A DNA stretch of 64,000 nt. It comes from Dehalococcoidia bacterium (GTDB lineage: Bacteria; Chloroflexota; Dehalococcoidia; UBA2979). The number at the start of each line of letters is the position of its first letter. The first letter of the stretch is position 1. Made by a program: the position numbers and the translations under genes. Positions 53,320-63,378 of this stretch are shown piece after piece. The notes under the pieces are model-generated. The model ran no database searches and was not told the DNA's origin. It was given only the letters and a program-made list of their open reading frames with translations. Where the stretch lies: the NCBI GenBank assembly GCA_050248355.1, contig JBFWSN010000005.1, forward strand, positions 37,476 to 101,475, in the 5' to 3' direction.

Positions 53320-53645
53320 GACCGCAGGCACAATCATCCACAAACGTTTGTAACGTGTGGATATCGGAGCTATCGCTAGGTGGACAGACGCCTATCCCCG
53401 CAAGGGGTCGCTTGGTTGGTTGTTAATGCACTATCAGGTCAGATCACCGGCTCATGCCGCATCGAGCTGGCGTTTTCGGACCGGGGCGGACGATAGCATT
53501 GCCCGAGAATGCCGATCAAGCAGCTTATGTGTAGTCCAGATGAATTTCCTTGGAATACCAAGGGAAGCGGTCTCTCGGCGCCGCTGTGTATAATCGCCGG
53601 CACCCCGGTTTCGAGGGCACGCGCTCCCAACTCGGACGCTGGACG
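53320..53645. other. dnaA upstream region with DnaA-box-like motifs and AT-rich/palindromic elements (second part of the candidate origin)
   Basis: TCATCCACA (53327) and TGTGGATAT (53355) are each 1 mismatch from the consensus. TGGACAGAC, palindrome ttccttggaataccaaggga, and gtgTATAATcg -10 boxes before coaX. Confidence 0.4.
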
Positions 53646-54434
53646 ACCATGACGACGCCTTCGCTCCTGCTCGCGATCGACATCGGCAACACGAGCATCG
53701 CCATTGGCCTCTACGACCGTGAGAAGCTCGCCGCCACGTTTCGCATCGCCACCGATCAAGAGAACCTCCCGGACGAGTATGCCATGCTCGTCCTCTCGCT
53801 TCTGCGTACCCGGGACATCGACCCGACGCACGTCGGATCCGCGATCATCTCCTCGACGGTGCCGCCGCTGCTCCTGACGTTTGGCGAGGTCTGCCGGAAC
53901 TACTTCCACGTCGAGCCCCTGACCGTCGGGACGGGCGTCCGGACGGGCGTCCGGGTCCGCTACGATAATCCGCGCGAGGTGGGCGCGGACCGCATTCTGC
54001 ACGCGGTGGCCGCGCTCGCGAAGTACGACCCTCCGCTGATCATCGTCGACCTCGGTACGGCGCTCGTCTTCGACGCGGTGTCCCGCGAGGGCGACTACCT
54101 CGGCGGCGCGATCTCACCCGGCATCAACATCGCCGCGCAGGCGCTCTTCAGCCGGGCCGCGATGCTTCGGCGCGTCAGCATCGAACGCCCCTCGACGGGG
54201 TCGGTGATCGGCAAGAACACCGTGCACGCGATCCAGTCCGGCCTGTTCTTTGGCTACGCCGACATGATCCACGGCATGGTGCGTCGGTTCAAAGCGGAGA
54301 TCGGCGAGGACGCCACCGTGATCGCGACGGGCGGATACGCCCCGATCCTGATCGACGAAATGGACTGCATCGACCACGTGGAGCCCGACCTCAACCTCGA
54401 GGGCCTGCGCCTGGTGCACGAGGCGAACCGGTGA
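53646..54434 (+). CDS. coaX: type III pantothenate kinase
   Basis: Start at the internal MTTPSLLLAIDIGNTSIAIGLYD. ASKHA fold motifs (DLGTALVFD, ATGGYA). Confidence 0.9.
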   Translation, partial: TMTTPSLLLAIDIGNTSIAIGLYDREKLAATFRIATDQENLPDEYAMLVLSLLRTRDIDPTHVGSAIISSTVPPLLLTFGEVCRNYFHVEPLTVGTGVRTGVRVRYDNPREVGADRILHAVAALAKYDPPLIIVDLGTALVFDAVSREGDYLGGAISPGINIAAQALFSRAAMLRRVSIERPSTGSVIGKNTVHAIQSGLFFGYADMIHGMVRRFKAEIGEDATVIATGGYAPILIDEMDCIDHVEPDLNLEGLRLVHEANR

Positions 54435-55636
54435 GCGGTCCGCTCGCCGGACGCCGCGTCGTGCTCGGCGTGTCGGGGTCGATCGCCTCTTACAAGGCGG
54501 CGGAGCTGTGCAGCCGCCTCGTGCAGGAGGGAGCGCACGTCGAGGTCGTGATGACGTCCGGGGCCACCGAGTTCATCGCTCCGCTCTCGTTTCGCGCTCT
54601 CACCGGCCGGCGGCCGTACATCGACCTGTACCGCGACGGCAACGAGGGGGAGAGCCACGTCGAGCTGGCGCGGCGCGCGGACCTGATGCTCATCGCACCG
54701 GCATCGGCCTCGACGCTGGCGCGGCTCACGCACGGGCTGGCCGAAGACTTCGTCTCGCTGACTGCGATCGCGACGCAGGCGCCGGTGCTGGTCGCCCCGG
54801 CCATGGACAGTCAGATGTGGGAGCACCCGGCGGTGCAGGCAAACCGGGCGACGCTCGAGGAACGCGGCGTGCAATTCCTCGGACCGGTTTCCGGGCGGCT
54901 GGCGTCGGGCCGGAGCGGCTCGGGCCGGCTGATGGAGCCCGCTGAGATGGTCGAGCATGTGAAGGCCCGCCTCGGGCGCGAGCATGGCGACCTCGCCGGC
55001 CGGACGGTCGTCGTCTCCGCGGGCGGCACGCGCGAGGCGATCGACCCGGTGCGCTACGTGGGCAACCGCTCCAGCGGCAAGATGGGGTATGCCCTCGCGG
55101 AGGCCGCGCGCGACCGCGGCGCCTCGGTGGTGCTGGTGACATCCGCGGGGCTGCCGAAGCCCGCGGCCATCGAGGTGGTGTCCGTGGAGTCGGCGGCGGA
55201 GATGCTGGACGCCGTGCAGACGGCGTGTAAGCGCGCTGACGCACTGATCATGGCTGCGGCCGTGGCGGACTACCGCCCGGCGGAAGCCGCCGACCAGAAG
55301 CTCAAGAAGGTGGCCGGGCAGTCCGGCCGCACCATCGAGCTGGTCGAGACGACGGACATCATCGCCTCGGTGCAGGGCGAGCGCCTCGTGAAGGTTGCCT
55401 TCGCGGCCGAGACGCAGGATCTCCTGGAGAATGCACAGAAGAAGCTCGCCTCGAAGGGGGCCCGGTTCGTCGTCGCCAACGACGTTACGGCCGCTGACGC
55501 CGGGTTCGCCGTGGACACGAACCGCGTGACCATCCTCGACGACCAGGGCGGACGCGAAGCACTACCCCTGATGATGAAGTACGACGTCGCATGGCGCGTC
55601 CTGGACCGCGTGGTGGCCCTGCTGCCGGTGCGGTAG
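54431..55636 (+). CDS. coaBC: bifunctional phosphopantothenoylcysteine decarboxylase / phosphopantothenate-cysteine ligase
   Basis: N-terminal flavoprotein domain (VLGVSGSIASYKAAEL) and C-terminal CoaB domain (VVVSAGGTREAIDPVRYVGNRSSGKMG). Overlaps the coaX stop. Confidence 0.95.
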   Translation: MSGPLAGRRVVLGVSGSIASYKAAELCSRLVQEGAHVEVVMTSGATEFIAPLSFRALTGRRPYIDLYRDGNEGESHVELARRADLMLIAPASASTLARLTHGLAEDFVSLTAIATQAPVLVAPAMDSQMWEHPAVQANRATLEERGVQFLGPVSGRLASGRSGSGRLMEPAEMVEHVKARLGREHGDLAGRTVVVSAGGTREAIDPVRYVGNRSSGKMGYALAEAARDRGASVVLVTSAGLPKPAAIEVVSVESAAEMLDAVQTACKRADALIMAAAVADYRPAEAADQKLKKVAGQSGRTIELVETTDIIASVQGERLVKVAFAAETQDLLENAQKKLASKGARFVVANDVTAADAGFAVDTNRVTILDDQGGREALPLMMKYDVAWRVLDRVVALLPVR

Positions 55637-55653
55637 TCGCGCCCGCCCCGGGG

Positions 55654-57834
55654 CTACGGCTCGGGGTCGGGCTCGTGGATGACCAGGGCGACCGGCCCCG
55701 TCGCACGTGTGAGCGCGACCTGCACACCGGTGCCCGCACGTTGCAGCCGGATGTCCGCTCGTGCGTCCGCAACCTCGAGACCGGTGATCGTGAGGTCGTC
55801 GAGGAACGAGGGGAGTGCGGGCTCCGCGAAGTGCACGGTGCGGCGCTCGGCGTCTACACACAGGCCGAGGCTCGCGTCGAGCAGCATGAACACGGCCCCG
55901 GCGGCCCACGCCTGCGGGAGGCATGCAACCGGGTACTGCGTGGGCCCCTGGCCGTCGCGGCGTTCGAAGCCGCAGAACAGCTCCGGCATGCGCTGCAGAT
56001 CGAGGTGGCGGACCGCGTCGAACTGCGCGTGGAGTAACGTCATCGCCTCAGCGCGGAAGCCGTACGCGCTTAAGCCACCAGCGATGAGCGCGTTGTCGTG
56101 GGGCCAGACCGAACCGTTGTGGTAGGACATCGGGTTGAAGCGCACCGTCCCCTGCGCCAGCGTGCGGACGCCCCATCCGCTGAAGAGCTTCGGGTCGAGG
56201 AGCGAGCGAGCGAGGCCGGCCGCGCGCGCCGGCGAGACGATGCCGCTGAAAAGCCCATGGCCGGGATTCGATGTCTCGACGAGGCAGGGCCGCTTGGCGC
56301 CGTCGAGGGCCAGCGCGTAGCCCCCGAGGTCATCGTCCCAGAACCCCTCGTCGAAACGTCGGCGGAGGCGTGCCGCCTGACGGGCCTGCTCCCGCGCGAG
56401 GGGACGGTCGCCTCGTACGCGGGCAAGGCGGGCCATCGCTCGCCGGGCGGCGAAGACGTACCCCTGCACCTCGCACAGCGCGATGGGGCCCTCGGCGAGG
56501 GCGCCATCCACGTGGAACACCGAGTCGAACGAGTCCTTCCAGCCCTGGTTGACCAGGCCATGCTCGGTCGAGGCCTGATACTCGACGAAGCCGTCGCCGT
56601 CCGGGTCACCGGGGCCGTCGATCCACTCGAGGGCCGCGCGCAGGTGGGGCCAGAGCGTTTCGATCAGCGCGTGGTCGCCCGTGCGCCGGAAGTAGGCATC
56701 CGCGAGCACGATGAACAGCGGCGTGGCGTCCACGCTCCCGTAGTAGCGGGCGAACGGGATCTCGCCCAGGGCCGCCATCTCGCCGCCTCGAGCCTCGTGC
56801 AGGATCTTCCCCGGCGCGGCGTCGCTCGCCGGATCGGAGGCTGTCGCCTGCGTCGCTGCGAGGTAGCGGAGCACGCCAGCGCTGAGCGCGGGGTGATAGG
56901 TAAGGGTCTCGAGGGCGGTGACGATGCCGTCGCGCCCGAAGGGGGCGCTGTACCACGGCACGCCCGCATACACGTAGGGTCCCGTGGGCGTCTCGGTGCC
57001 CATCATGCGGATGTCCGCGGCCGAGCGGTCGAGCCACTCGTTGAACTGGTCGTTCGAGGTCGTGACGCGCGCCCACTCGCCTTCGGCGGCGGCGGCCTCC
57101 TCGTGCGACTCGCCGCGGGCGGCGGCGAAGGTGAGCGCCGGGGTGGCGCTCGCGTCGGGCGACTCCTGTATGCACGACACGGTGAGCTCCACCGCGCGCG
57201 TCTCGCCCGGTCCGAGGAACAGCCAGAAGACGGCGCGCTCCTCATCGAGCGACGACGGCGGCGGGTCGAAGCGAAGGGTCGTGCCGCGCACCCGACCGTC
57301 CAGGCCCCCGTATCGGAGCTGCACGATGTCGTCCGCGACATCGTTGGGCAGGTAGCGACCACGCCGGCGCCTCGATGTGCCCCGCACTTCGAAGACGTCG
57401 CGGAAATCGGCATCGAACTCCCAGGTGAGGCTCACGGCCGCTGACGTCATGCCGTAGTTCGCCACCTCGAGGCGCTCGTAGCAGGCCGCCCCGAAAAGCA
57501 GCTTCGACCGCAGCAGATGGATGGTGTCCTGCGGGCACAGCCCTCCCTCGTCTCCAGGGAGCTCCGGATTCGTCATATCGACGACCAGCGCTGCGTTGTC
57601 GGCGGTGATGCCGGAACTGAGCAGGAGGGGGCGGACCCCGTTAATGCGCAGGACGAGGTGAGACAGGTGACGGGTGCCCTCGTGGTAGAGGCCGCGGTCG
57701 CCCGTCTCCGCAGGCTGGATGTCCCCAAAGCGATCACAGACGACGAAGGTCTCGCCGTGCTTCAAGACACGACTGTGGTCTTCCGAGGCGGTCGGATGGA
57801 TGTGGATGAGGTGCTCGTCGGCGCTGGTGTTCAT
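55654..57834 (-). CDS. glycogen debranching enzyme (amylo-alpha-1,6-glucosidase, GDE_C family)
   Basis: 726 aa: GDE N-terminal beta-sandwich and an (alpha/alpha)6 catalytic domain (...GYVFAARRAMARLA..., GWGVRTLA, SYHNGSVWPHDNA). Confidence 0.85.
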   Translation of the reverse strand: MNTSADEHLIHIHPTASEDHSRVLKHGETFVVCDRFGDIQPAETGDRGLYHEGTRHLSHLVLRINGVRPLLLSSGITADNAALVVDMTNPELPGDEGGLCPQDTIHLLRSKLLFGAACYERLEVANYGMTSAAVSLTWEFDADFRDVFEVRGTSRRRRGRYLPNDVADDIVQLRYGGLDGRVRGTTLRFDPPPSSLDEERAVFWLFLGPGETRAVELTVSCIQESPDASATPALTFAAARGESHEEAAAAEGEWARVTTSNDQFNEWLDRSAADIRMMGTETPTGPYVYAGVPWYSAPFGRDGIVTALETLTYHPALSAGVLRYLAATQATASDPASDAAPGKILHEARGGEMAALGEIPFARYYGSVDATPLFIVLADAYFRRTGDHALIETLWPHLRAALEWIDGPGDPDGDGFVEYQASTEHGLVNQGWKDSFDSVFHVDGALAEGPIALCEVQGYVFAARRAMARLARVRGDRPLAREQARQAARLRRRFDEGFWDDDLGGYALALDGAKRPCLVETSNPGHGLFSGIVSPARAAGLARSLLDPKLFSGWGVRTLAQGTVRFNPMSYHNGSVWPHDNALIAGGLSAYGFRAEAMTLLHAQFDAVRHLDLQRMPELFCGFERRDGQGPTQYPVACLPQAWAAGAVFMLLDASLGLCVDAERRTVHFAEPALPSFLDDLTITGLEVADARADIRLQRAGTGVQVALTRATGPVALVIHEPDPEP

Positions 57835-57863
57835 GGGCGTCCGAGGAGGGAGAGCGTGTGTCG

Positions 57864-58967
57864 TCAGGACGCCAGAGGCGTGGCTTCCGCCGCCGGGCCC
57901 GCGCGTCCGGCGATGACCTCACGATAGACACGCAGGTAATCGAGCGCCATCCGGCGCGCCGTGAAGCGCTCCTCGAAGGCCCTCCGGGCGCGCGATCGGT
58001 CGAGGGCGCACGCGGCCGCGGCGGCGCGCACGGCGTCCTCGATGTTGTCGACGATGAACCCCGACACGCCCTGCTCGATGACTTCAGGGACGGCGCCGCT
58101 GCGATAGGCCACAACTGGGGTGCCGCATGCCATCGCCTCGATCATGACCATGCCGAAGGGTTCGGCCCAGTCGATTGGGAACAGCAGCGCGCGCGCGTTG
58201 CCCAGGAAGTCCTGCTTCTCGGCTTCACCGATCTCGCCGATGAACTCGATCAGCGGGTCGGCGAATCGCGGCTCGATCACCTCCCGGAAGTACTGGCGGT
58301 CGGCCACGGCGACCTTTGCGGCAATGCGTAACGGGATGCCGATGCGTCGCGCGATCTCGATGGCGCGGTCCGGCCGCTTCTCCGGCGAGATGCGGCCGAG
58401 GAACGCAAGGTAGCCGCCCCGACCCTCCCCGCGGTGGTACAGAAGCTCCGGAAGGCCGTGCAGCACGGCGCCGGCCCAGTTCGCCTGGGGCAGTGGCCGC
58501 TGCTGATCCACGGACACCGATACGACCGGGATATCCGCGAACTCTCGATAGAGCGGCTGCAACTCGGCGTGGTCGAGACGGCCGTGCAGCGTCGTGACGT
58601 GAGGCGTACGGAGCCGGCGGGCGAGCGGGAAGTGGAGGTAGTCCGTGTGGAAGTGGATGAGGTCGAACTCGGCAGCGCGCTGCGCGACTTGCTCGAGCAT
58701 CAGGATGTGAGGCGCCGTTTCCTCGATGACCGTGCCGTCGAGGCGCAACGCACGTCGCCCGATGGCGACGTGGCGGGCGCGGGTGATCGAGTCCCCGCTG
58801 GCAAACAACGTCACGTCATGGCCGAGGGCGAGCAACTCGTCCGTGAGGTAGGCGACGATGCGCTCGGTGCCGCCGTAGAGCAGCGGCGGGACACGTTCGA
58901 ACAACGGCGCGACCTGCGCGATCCTCACTCCGCCGCTCCAGTCGCCACCTGTCGCCCCGCTGCCCAC
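57864..58967 (-). CDS. GT4 family glycosyltransferase (group 1)
   Basis: GT-B fold with the EX7E-type motif EPFGMVMIEAMACGTPVVAYRSGAVPEVI. Confidence 0.85.
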   Translation of the reverse strand: MGSGATGGDWSGGVRIAQVAPLFERVPPLLYGGTERIVAYLTDELLALGHDVTLFASGDSITRARHVAIGRRALRLDGTVIEETAPHILMLEQVAQRAAEFDLIHFHTDYLHFPLARRLRTPHVTTLHGRLDHAELQPLYREFADIPVVSVSVDQQRPLPQANWAGAVLHGLPELLYHRGEGRGGYLAFLGRISPEKRPDRAIEIARRIGIPLRIAAKVAVADRQYFREVIEPRFADPLIEFIGEIGEAEKQDFLGNARALLFPIDWAEPFGMVMIEAMACGTPVVAYRSGAVPEVIEQGVSGFIVDNIEDAVRAAAAACALDRSRARRAFEERFTARRMALDYLRVYREVIAGRAGPAAEATPLAS

Positions 58968-59043
58968 TGTAGCAAGGCAGACTAGGCGGTTCCGTGGGGC
59001 GGGCAGCGCTACTCCTCGCGAGGCCGGGGGCGGCGCGCGCGAT

Positions 59044-60540
59044 TCAGCGCGCGCGGCCGAGCACGAAGTGCACGAGGGTGCGCACGGGCGCGCCCGTGCT
59101 CCCTTTCACGAGGATTCCCTTCTCCGCCGTCGAGTCCGAGACCGCGGCGATGTCCAGGTGCGCCCAGGGCGTGTCGTGCGCGAAGCGCTCGAGGAACTTC
59201 GCGGCCGTGATCGAGCCGGCGGAGGGCCCGCCCGTGTTCTTGATGTCGGCCACGTCCGACTTGATCAGGTCGAAGTACTCCGCATCGAGCGGCATCCGCC
59301 AGAGCCGCTCGCCCGCCGTCGCAGCCGCCCGCTCGAGGTCTGCGAAGAGACGGTCGTTGTTGGCGAATGTGCCGATGCGGACGTTGCCCAGGGCGATGTT
59401 CATCGCGCCGGTGAGGGTGGCGACATCGACGAGCACCGAGCAGCGCTCGCGGCGCGCGTAGGCGAGGCCGTCAGCGAGCACGAGCCGACCCTCGGCGTCG
59501 GTGTTCAGCACCTCGATGGACTGGCCGTCCATGGCGTAGACGACGTCGCCTGGCTTGGTGGCAGAGCCGCTGGGCATATTCTCGGTGCAGGGCGCGATGG
59601 CGAGCACGTTGACCTCGGGACCGAGGCGGGCGATGGCCTCCATCGCGCCGATCACGGCGGCTGCGCCGGTCATGTCTCCCTTCATCCGCTCCATCCCCGC
59701 GGCGGGCTTGATGGAGATGCCCCCGGTGTCGAAGGTGATGCCCTTGCCGATCAGGCCGATGGGGCGCGCCCGGCCGCCGTTGCGGTACCGCAGCACGATG
59801 AACTTCGGCGGCTGTACCGAGCCATTCGCGACGCTGAGGTACGAACCCATGCCGAGGCGTTCGGCCTCCGCGCGCTCGATGATGGTGCACTCGAGGCCGG
59901 TCGCTGCGGCGACGGCCTGCGCGCGCTCGGCGACGATGGTGGGCGTCATCAGGTTCGCGGGCTCATTGGCCAGGTCGCGCGTCAGGTTCGTCGCGTCGGC
60001 GAGGATGCCGCCGGCTTCCACGCCTCGCTCGATTGCCGCGAGGCGCCGCGTGGCACCCTCGACCAGGGTGATCGAGTCGACGGAGCCTCGAGGACGGTCC
60101 TCGGACCGCGTGTGGTGGCGGTCGAATCGGTACAGGCCCAGGAGCACGCCTTCAGCGAGAGCGCGTCCGGCGGCTTCGGCGTCGAGGTCATCCGTCTGCT
60201 GGAGGCTGATCGCCACCGACTTCGCGTCGAGCCCTCGCAATGCGCGCCCAAGGTTGCCGGCGCGGGTGCGGACGCCGTCGACCGTCTGTGCCTCTGGCTT
60301 TCCCGTCCCGTGGACGACGACGCGCTTCGCGGGGATGCGGCCGAGGGATGCGACCGCGGTGACCTCGCCGGTGCGGCCGGCGATCAGGCCGTCGCGGAGC
60401 ATCGCGGTGATCGCGCCGTCGAGCGCCGCGTCCACCTGCGCTACCGGGCCGCTGAGGCGAGTGGCGCCCTCTGCGACTTCGACGACGAGGGTCTCGACCT
60501 GCTGCTCGGCCAGGTTGCCGGCGACCGCACGCACTTCCAT
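59044..60540 (-). CDS. pepA: leucyl aminopeptidase (M17)
   Basis: NTDAEGRLVLADGLAYA M17 signature, with N- and C-terminal M17 domains. Confidence 0.95.
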   Translation of the reverse strand: MEVRAVAGNLAEQQVETLVVEVAEGATRLSGPVAQVDAALDGAITAMLRDGLIAGRTGEVTAVASLGRIPAKRVVVHGTGKPEAQTVDGVRTRAGNLGRALRGLDAKSVAISLQQTDDLDAEAAGRALAEGVLLGLYRFDRHHTRSEDRPRGSVDSITLVEGATRRLAAIERGVEAGGILADATNLTRDLANEPANLMTPTIVAERAQAVAAATGLECTIIERAEAERLGMGSYLSVANGSVQPPKFIVLRYRNGGRARPIGLIGKGITFDTGGISIKPAAGMERMKGDMTGAAAVIGAMEAIARLGPEVNVLAIAPCTENMPSGSATKPGDVVYAMDGQSIEVLNTDAEGRLVLADGLAYARRERCSVLVDVATLTGAMNIALGNVRIGTFANNDRLFADLERAAATAGERLWRMPLDAEYFDLIKSDVADIKNTGGPSAGSITAAKFLERFAHDTPWAHLDIAAVSDSTAEKGILVKGSTGAPVRTLVHFVLGRAR

Positions 60541-60747
60541 GCTCTGACTCCGTTCTCTCCGTCGCGGGGCGCCCCTCGCGATGTGCTGGCGGGAGCATAG
60601 TGACCGAGGTCGCAGGCCCGCAAACAGATGTTGTCCCGGGGCCGGCGCCCCCAGGTTGGTCGCAACCGAACGCTACAATGGCACTTCACGAATCGGAGAG
60701 AAGGCAGGACGCTCCCCGTGCCACTGCGTCGCCGGCTCGCTCGCTTC

Positions 60748-61554
60748 ATGCTGCGTGCCACGAGCCCGCAACGGCGGGGCGTGGGCTGGTGGGACATGTC
60801 CGAGGTTGCGCTGGTGGCGCTCGGCTTCCTGCTCTACTTCTTGGTCCGCGGCGCTCCGGCCGACCGCACCGAGGACGCGCTCAGGCATGCCCGCTGGATC
60901 GTGGACCTCGAACGCGCGACGGGCACGTTCATCGAGCCACAGGTGCAGGAATGGGTGCTAAGTTCGGGCATCCTCTGGCGCATCATGAACTTCGTCTACT
61001 TCTGGTTCGACTTCCCGCTCATCGTTGGCGTCGGCCTGTTCATGTTCTTCCGTAGCCGAAATCACTACACGCTGCTGCGGGACTCGTTGTTGCTCTCCGG
61101 CGGCATCGCGCTCCTCATCTACTACACGTTCCCCGTTGCTCCGCCGCGTTTCCTGACCGAGCTGGGCTTCGTCGACACGCTCGAGGTCTACTCGAACCTG
61201 TCGTACCAGGCGCAGTCCATGCAGCCGTTTGTGAACCCCTACGCCGCCGTGCCCTCGCTGCACGTTGGGTGGTCGGCGCTCCTCGTCTATGTCGTCGTCC
61301 GTGCCACGCCGAACGCGCTCGCTCGCGCCGCCGTGGTGGCCGTGTTCGTGCTGCAAAGCATCGCGGTCGTGGGGACCGGCAACCACTTCGTGTTCGACGG
61401 GCTGGCCGGCCTCGTCGTGTGCGCGGCGGGGCTCGCCATGGCTCTCTGGCTGCAGTGTGTCGGCTACCCGGCGGCCCGAGTTTGGCTCGCTATCCGCGCC
61501 CATGCGGGACCGGGCCGCAAGCGACGGCGGGCGCGCGAGGTGAGCACCGAGTAG
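60748..61554 (+). CDS. PAP2-superfamily membrane protein (inositolphosphotransferase/AUR1-like phosphatase fold)
   Basis: Six TM helices with PAP2 motifs ...PSLHVGWS... and ..HFVFD. The start is uncertain (Met at 60748 or 60796); the upstream part of the track ORF is Arg-rich. Confidence 0.7.
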   Translation: MLRATSPQRRGVGWWDMSEVALVALGFLLYFLVRGAPADRTEDALRHARWIVDLERATGTFIEPQVQEWVLSSGILWRIMNFVYFWFDFPLIVGVGLFMFFRSRNHYTLLRDSLLLSGGIALLIYYTFPVAPPRFLTELGFVDTLEVYSNLSYQAQSMQPFVNPYAAVPSLHVGWSALLVYVVVRATPNALARAAVVAVFVLQSIAVVGTGNHFVFDGLAGLVVCAAGLAMALWLQCVGYPAARVWLAIRAHAGPGRKRRRAREVSTE

Positions 61555-61557
61555 GCG

Positions 61558-63246
61558 ATGGACGACGAGGCACTGGGCCACCTCGCTCGCGGCCAGGATG
61601 AACTGCGTCGCTGGGACTGGGTGTCGGCGCGCCGGGCCTTCGAGCGGTCTGTAGCGATCGAAGACTCACCCGAAGCGCAGGAGGGGCTGGCGCGGGCCTG
61701 TGGCTGGCTGCACGACGAGCGGTGCATGCAGCATTGGGAGCGCGCGTTTCAACTCTACCGGCAACGGGGCGACGCGCCCCGCGCGGCCATGGCCGCGGTC
61801 TGGCTGGCGAACGACCTCGTGGACTTTCGTGGCGCGGTGGCGGTCGCCGACGGATGGGTCTCGCGCGCACGCCGGCTGCTCGACGACCTCGAGCCGAGGG
61901 CCGAGCACGCCTGGCTCGCCCTGTGGGATGCGGCGGCCGCGCTCATGGGAGTCAACGACCCGGCTGGCGCGATCGAGGCGGCCCGCCGCGCTATCGCGCT
62001 CGCGCGTCAGTTTGGCGTCGCGGATGTCGAGTTCACGGCCATGGCCATCGAGGGCCTCGCGCTGGTCAGCCAGGGCGGCATCAGCGAAGGCATGCGCCTG
62101 GTCGATGAGGCCGCGGCCGCGACGGTCGCCGGCGACGTCGATAACCCGAACATGCGCATGACGATCCTCTGCTCGCTCATGGATGCGTGCGACCGTGCAC
62201 GGGACTACGAGCGTGCCTCGCAATGGTCGGCCCGGATCCACGAGGTAGCTCGGCAGTGGGGCGCCGAGGAGGTGTTCTCGGCATGCCGCCCCCACTACGC
62301 GGTCGTGCTGACCTGGCATGGCGCGTGGACGGAGGCTGAGGCGCAGCTCACCGCCGCCGTGCGTGAGCTCAGCGCCATCCGGCCCGCCATGGCCATTGAG
62401 GGCGTGGTCCGTCTGGCGGAGCTGCGGATGCTCCAGGGACGTCACGAGGAAGCGGCGGCGCTCTTCGCGGGCGTCGAGCACGAGCCGCTGGCGCAGCTGG
62501 GCCGGGGGCGGCTGGCTCTCGAAGGGGGCGACTCCTCGATGGCGGTGGAGCTGGCCGAGCGATACCTGCGGCGCATTCCCATGGAGGACCGCATGGAGCG
62601 CGTGGGCGGTCTCGACCTCCTCGTACGGGCGCAGATCGCGGCCGGCCAGGCAACACAGGCTCGGGAGCCCGCCGCCGAGCTGCGGGCGATCGCGGATGCC
62701 ACCGGCGCACCGTTGCTGCGGGCCGCCGCCTGTGCCTCGGAAGGGCTGTTGGCCGCTGCGGCGGGCGAGCACGAGGTTGCTCGCCGCGCCTTCGAGGAGT
62801 CGGTGGACTGCTATGGCGCTGCCCACGCGCCCTTCGAAACCGCGCGGGTGCGGCTGGATCTGGCCCGCGAGCTCGATCTCGCCGGCTACCGGACCTCGGC
62901 GCTGCGTGAGGTCGAATCCGCGCTCACGACGTGCATCGAACTAGGGGCGCAGGGCGAGGCAGCCCGTGCACGGATGCTCCTCGCGGAGCTGGCGCGACAG
63001 CCCGCGTCCGAAGCGCGGGAGCGTGCCGCCGACGCCGGGCTGACCGGACGCGAGGTGGAGATCCTGCGGCTGATCGCCAGCGGTCTTAGCAACCGGGCGA
63101 TCGCCGACGAGCTGGTGCTCAGCGTGCGCACCGTGGAGCGGCATATCTCCAACGTCTACGGCAAGCTGGGCGTCGATGGGCGGACGGCGAGAGCGGCCGT
63201 GACCGCGCACGCGTTTCGCATGGGGCTGCTTCCGCCTTCAGTCTGA
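61558..63246 (+). CDS. LuxR-family transcriptional regulator with N-terminal TPR-like helical repeats
   Basis: C-terminal LuxR HTH (LTGREVEILRLIASGLSNRAIADELVLSVRTVERHISNVYGKLGV) with about 480 aa of Ala/Leu-rich helical repeats upstream. Confidence 0.8.
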   Translation: MDDEALGHLARGQDELRRWDWVSARRAFERSVAIEDSPEAQEGLARACGWLHDERCMQHWERAFQLYRQRGDAPRAAMAAVWLANDLVDFRGAVAVADGWVSRARRLLDDLEPRAEHAWLALWDAAAALMGVNDPAGAIEAARRAIALARQFGVADVEFTAMAIEGLALVSQGGISEGMRLVDEAAAATVAGDVDNPNMRMTILCSLMDACDRARDYERASQWSARIHEVARQWGAEEVFSACRPHYAVVLTWHGAWTEAEAQLTAAVRELSAIRPAMAIEGVVRLAELRMLQGRHEEAAALFAGVEHEPLAQLGRGRLALEGGDSSMAVELAERYLRRIPMEDRMERVGGLDLLVRAQIAAGQATQAREPAAELRAIADATGAPLLRAAACASEGLLAAAAGEHEVARRAFEESVDCYGAAHAPFETARVRLDLARELDLAGYRTSALREVESALTTCIELGAQGEAARARMLLAELARQPASEARERAADAGLTGREVEILRLIASGLSNRAIADELVLSVRTVERHISNVYGKLGVDGRTARAAVTAHAFRMGLLPPSV

Positions 63247-63378
63247 CCGCCGGTCTGCGTGTTCACCGACATGCCCGCCGAAGAGTTGGGGGTGGAGTTG
63301 CGCGTCCGCACGGATGGGCCGGCAGCGACCCGCGCCGAACATGCGTGCCGAGGAGAGTGGTCGCGGAAGGAGACGGCG

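Noticed and set aside
56098-57444. 448-aa plus-strand ORF within the glycogen debranching enzyme gene
   Set aside because: Antisense, Arg/Gly-rich. The minus-strand GDE has conserved catalytic-domain motifs.
59068-60600. 510-aa plus-strand ORF opposite pepA
   Set aside because: Antisense to the M17 aminopeptidase, which has the NTDAEGRL signature.
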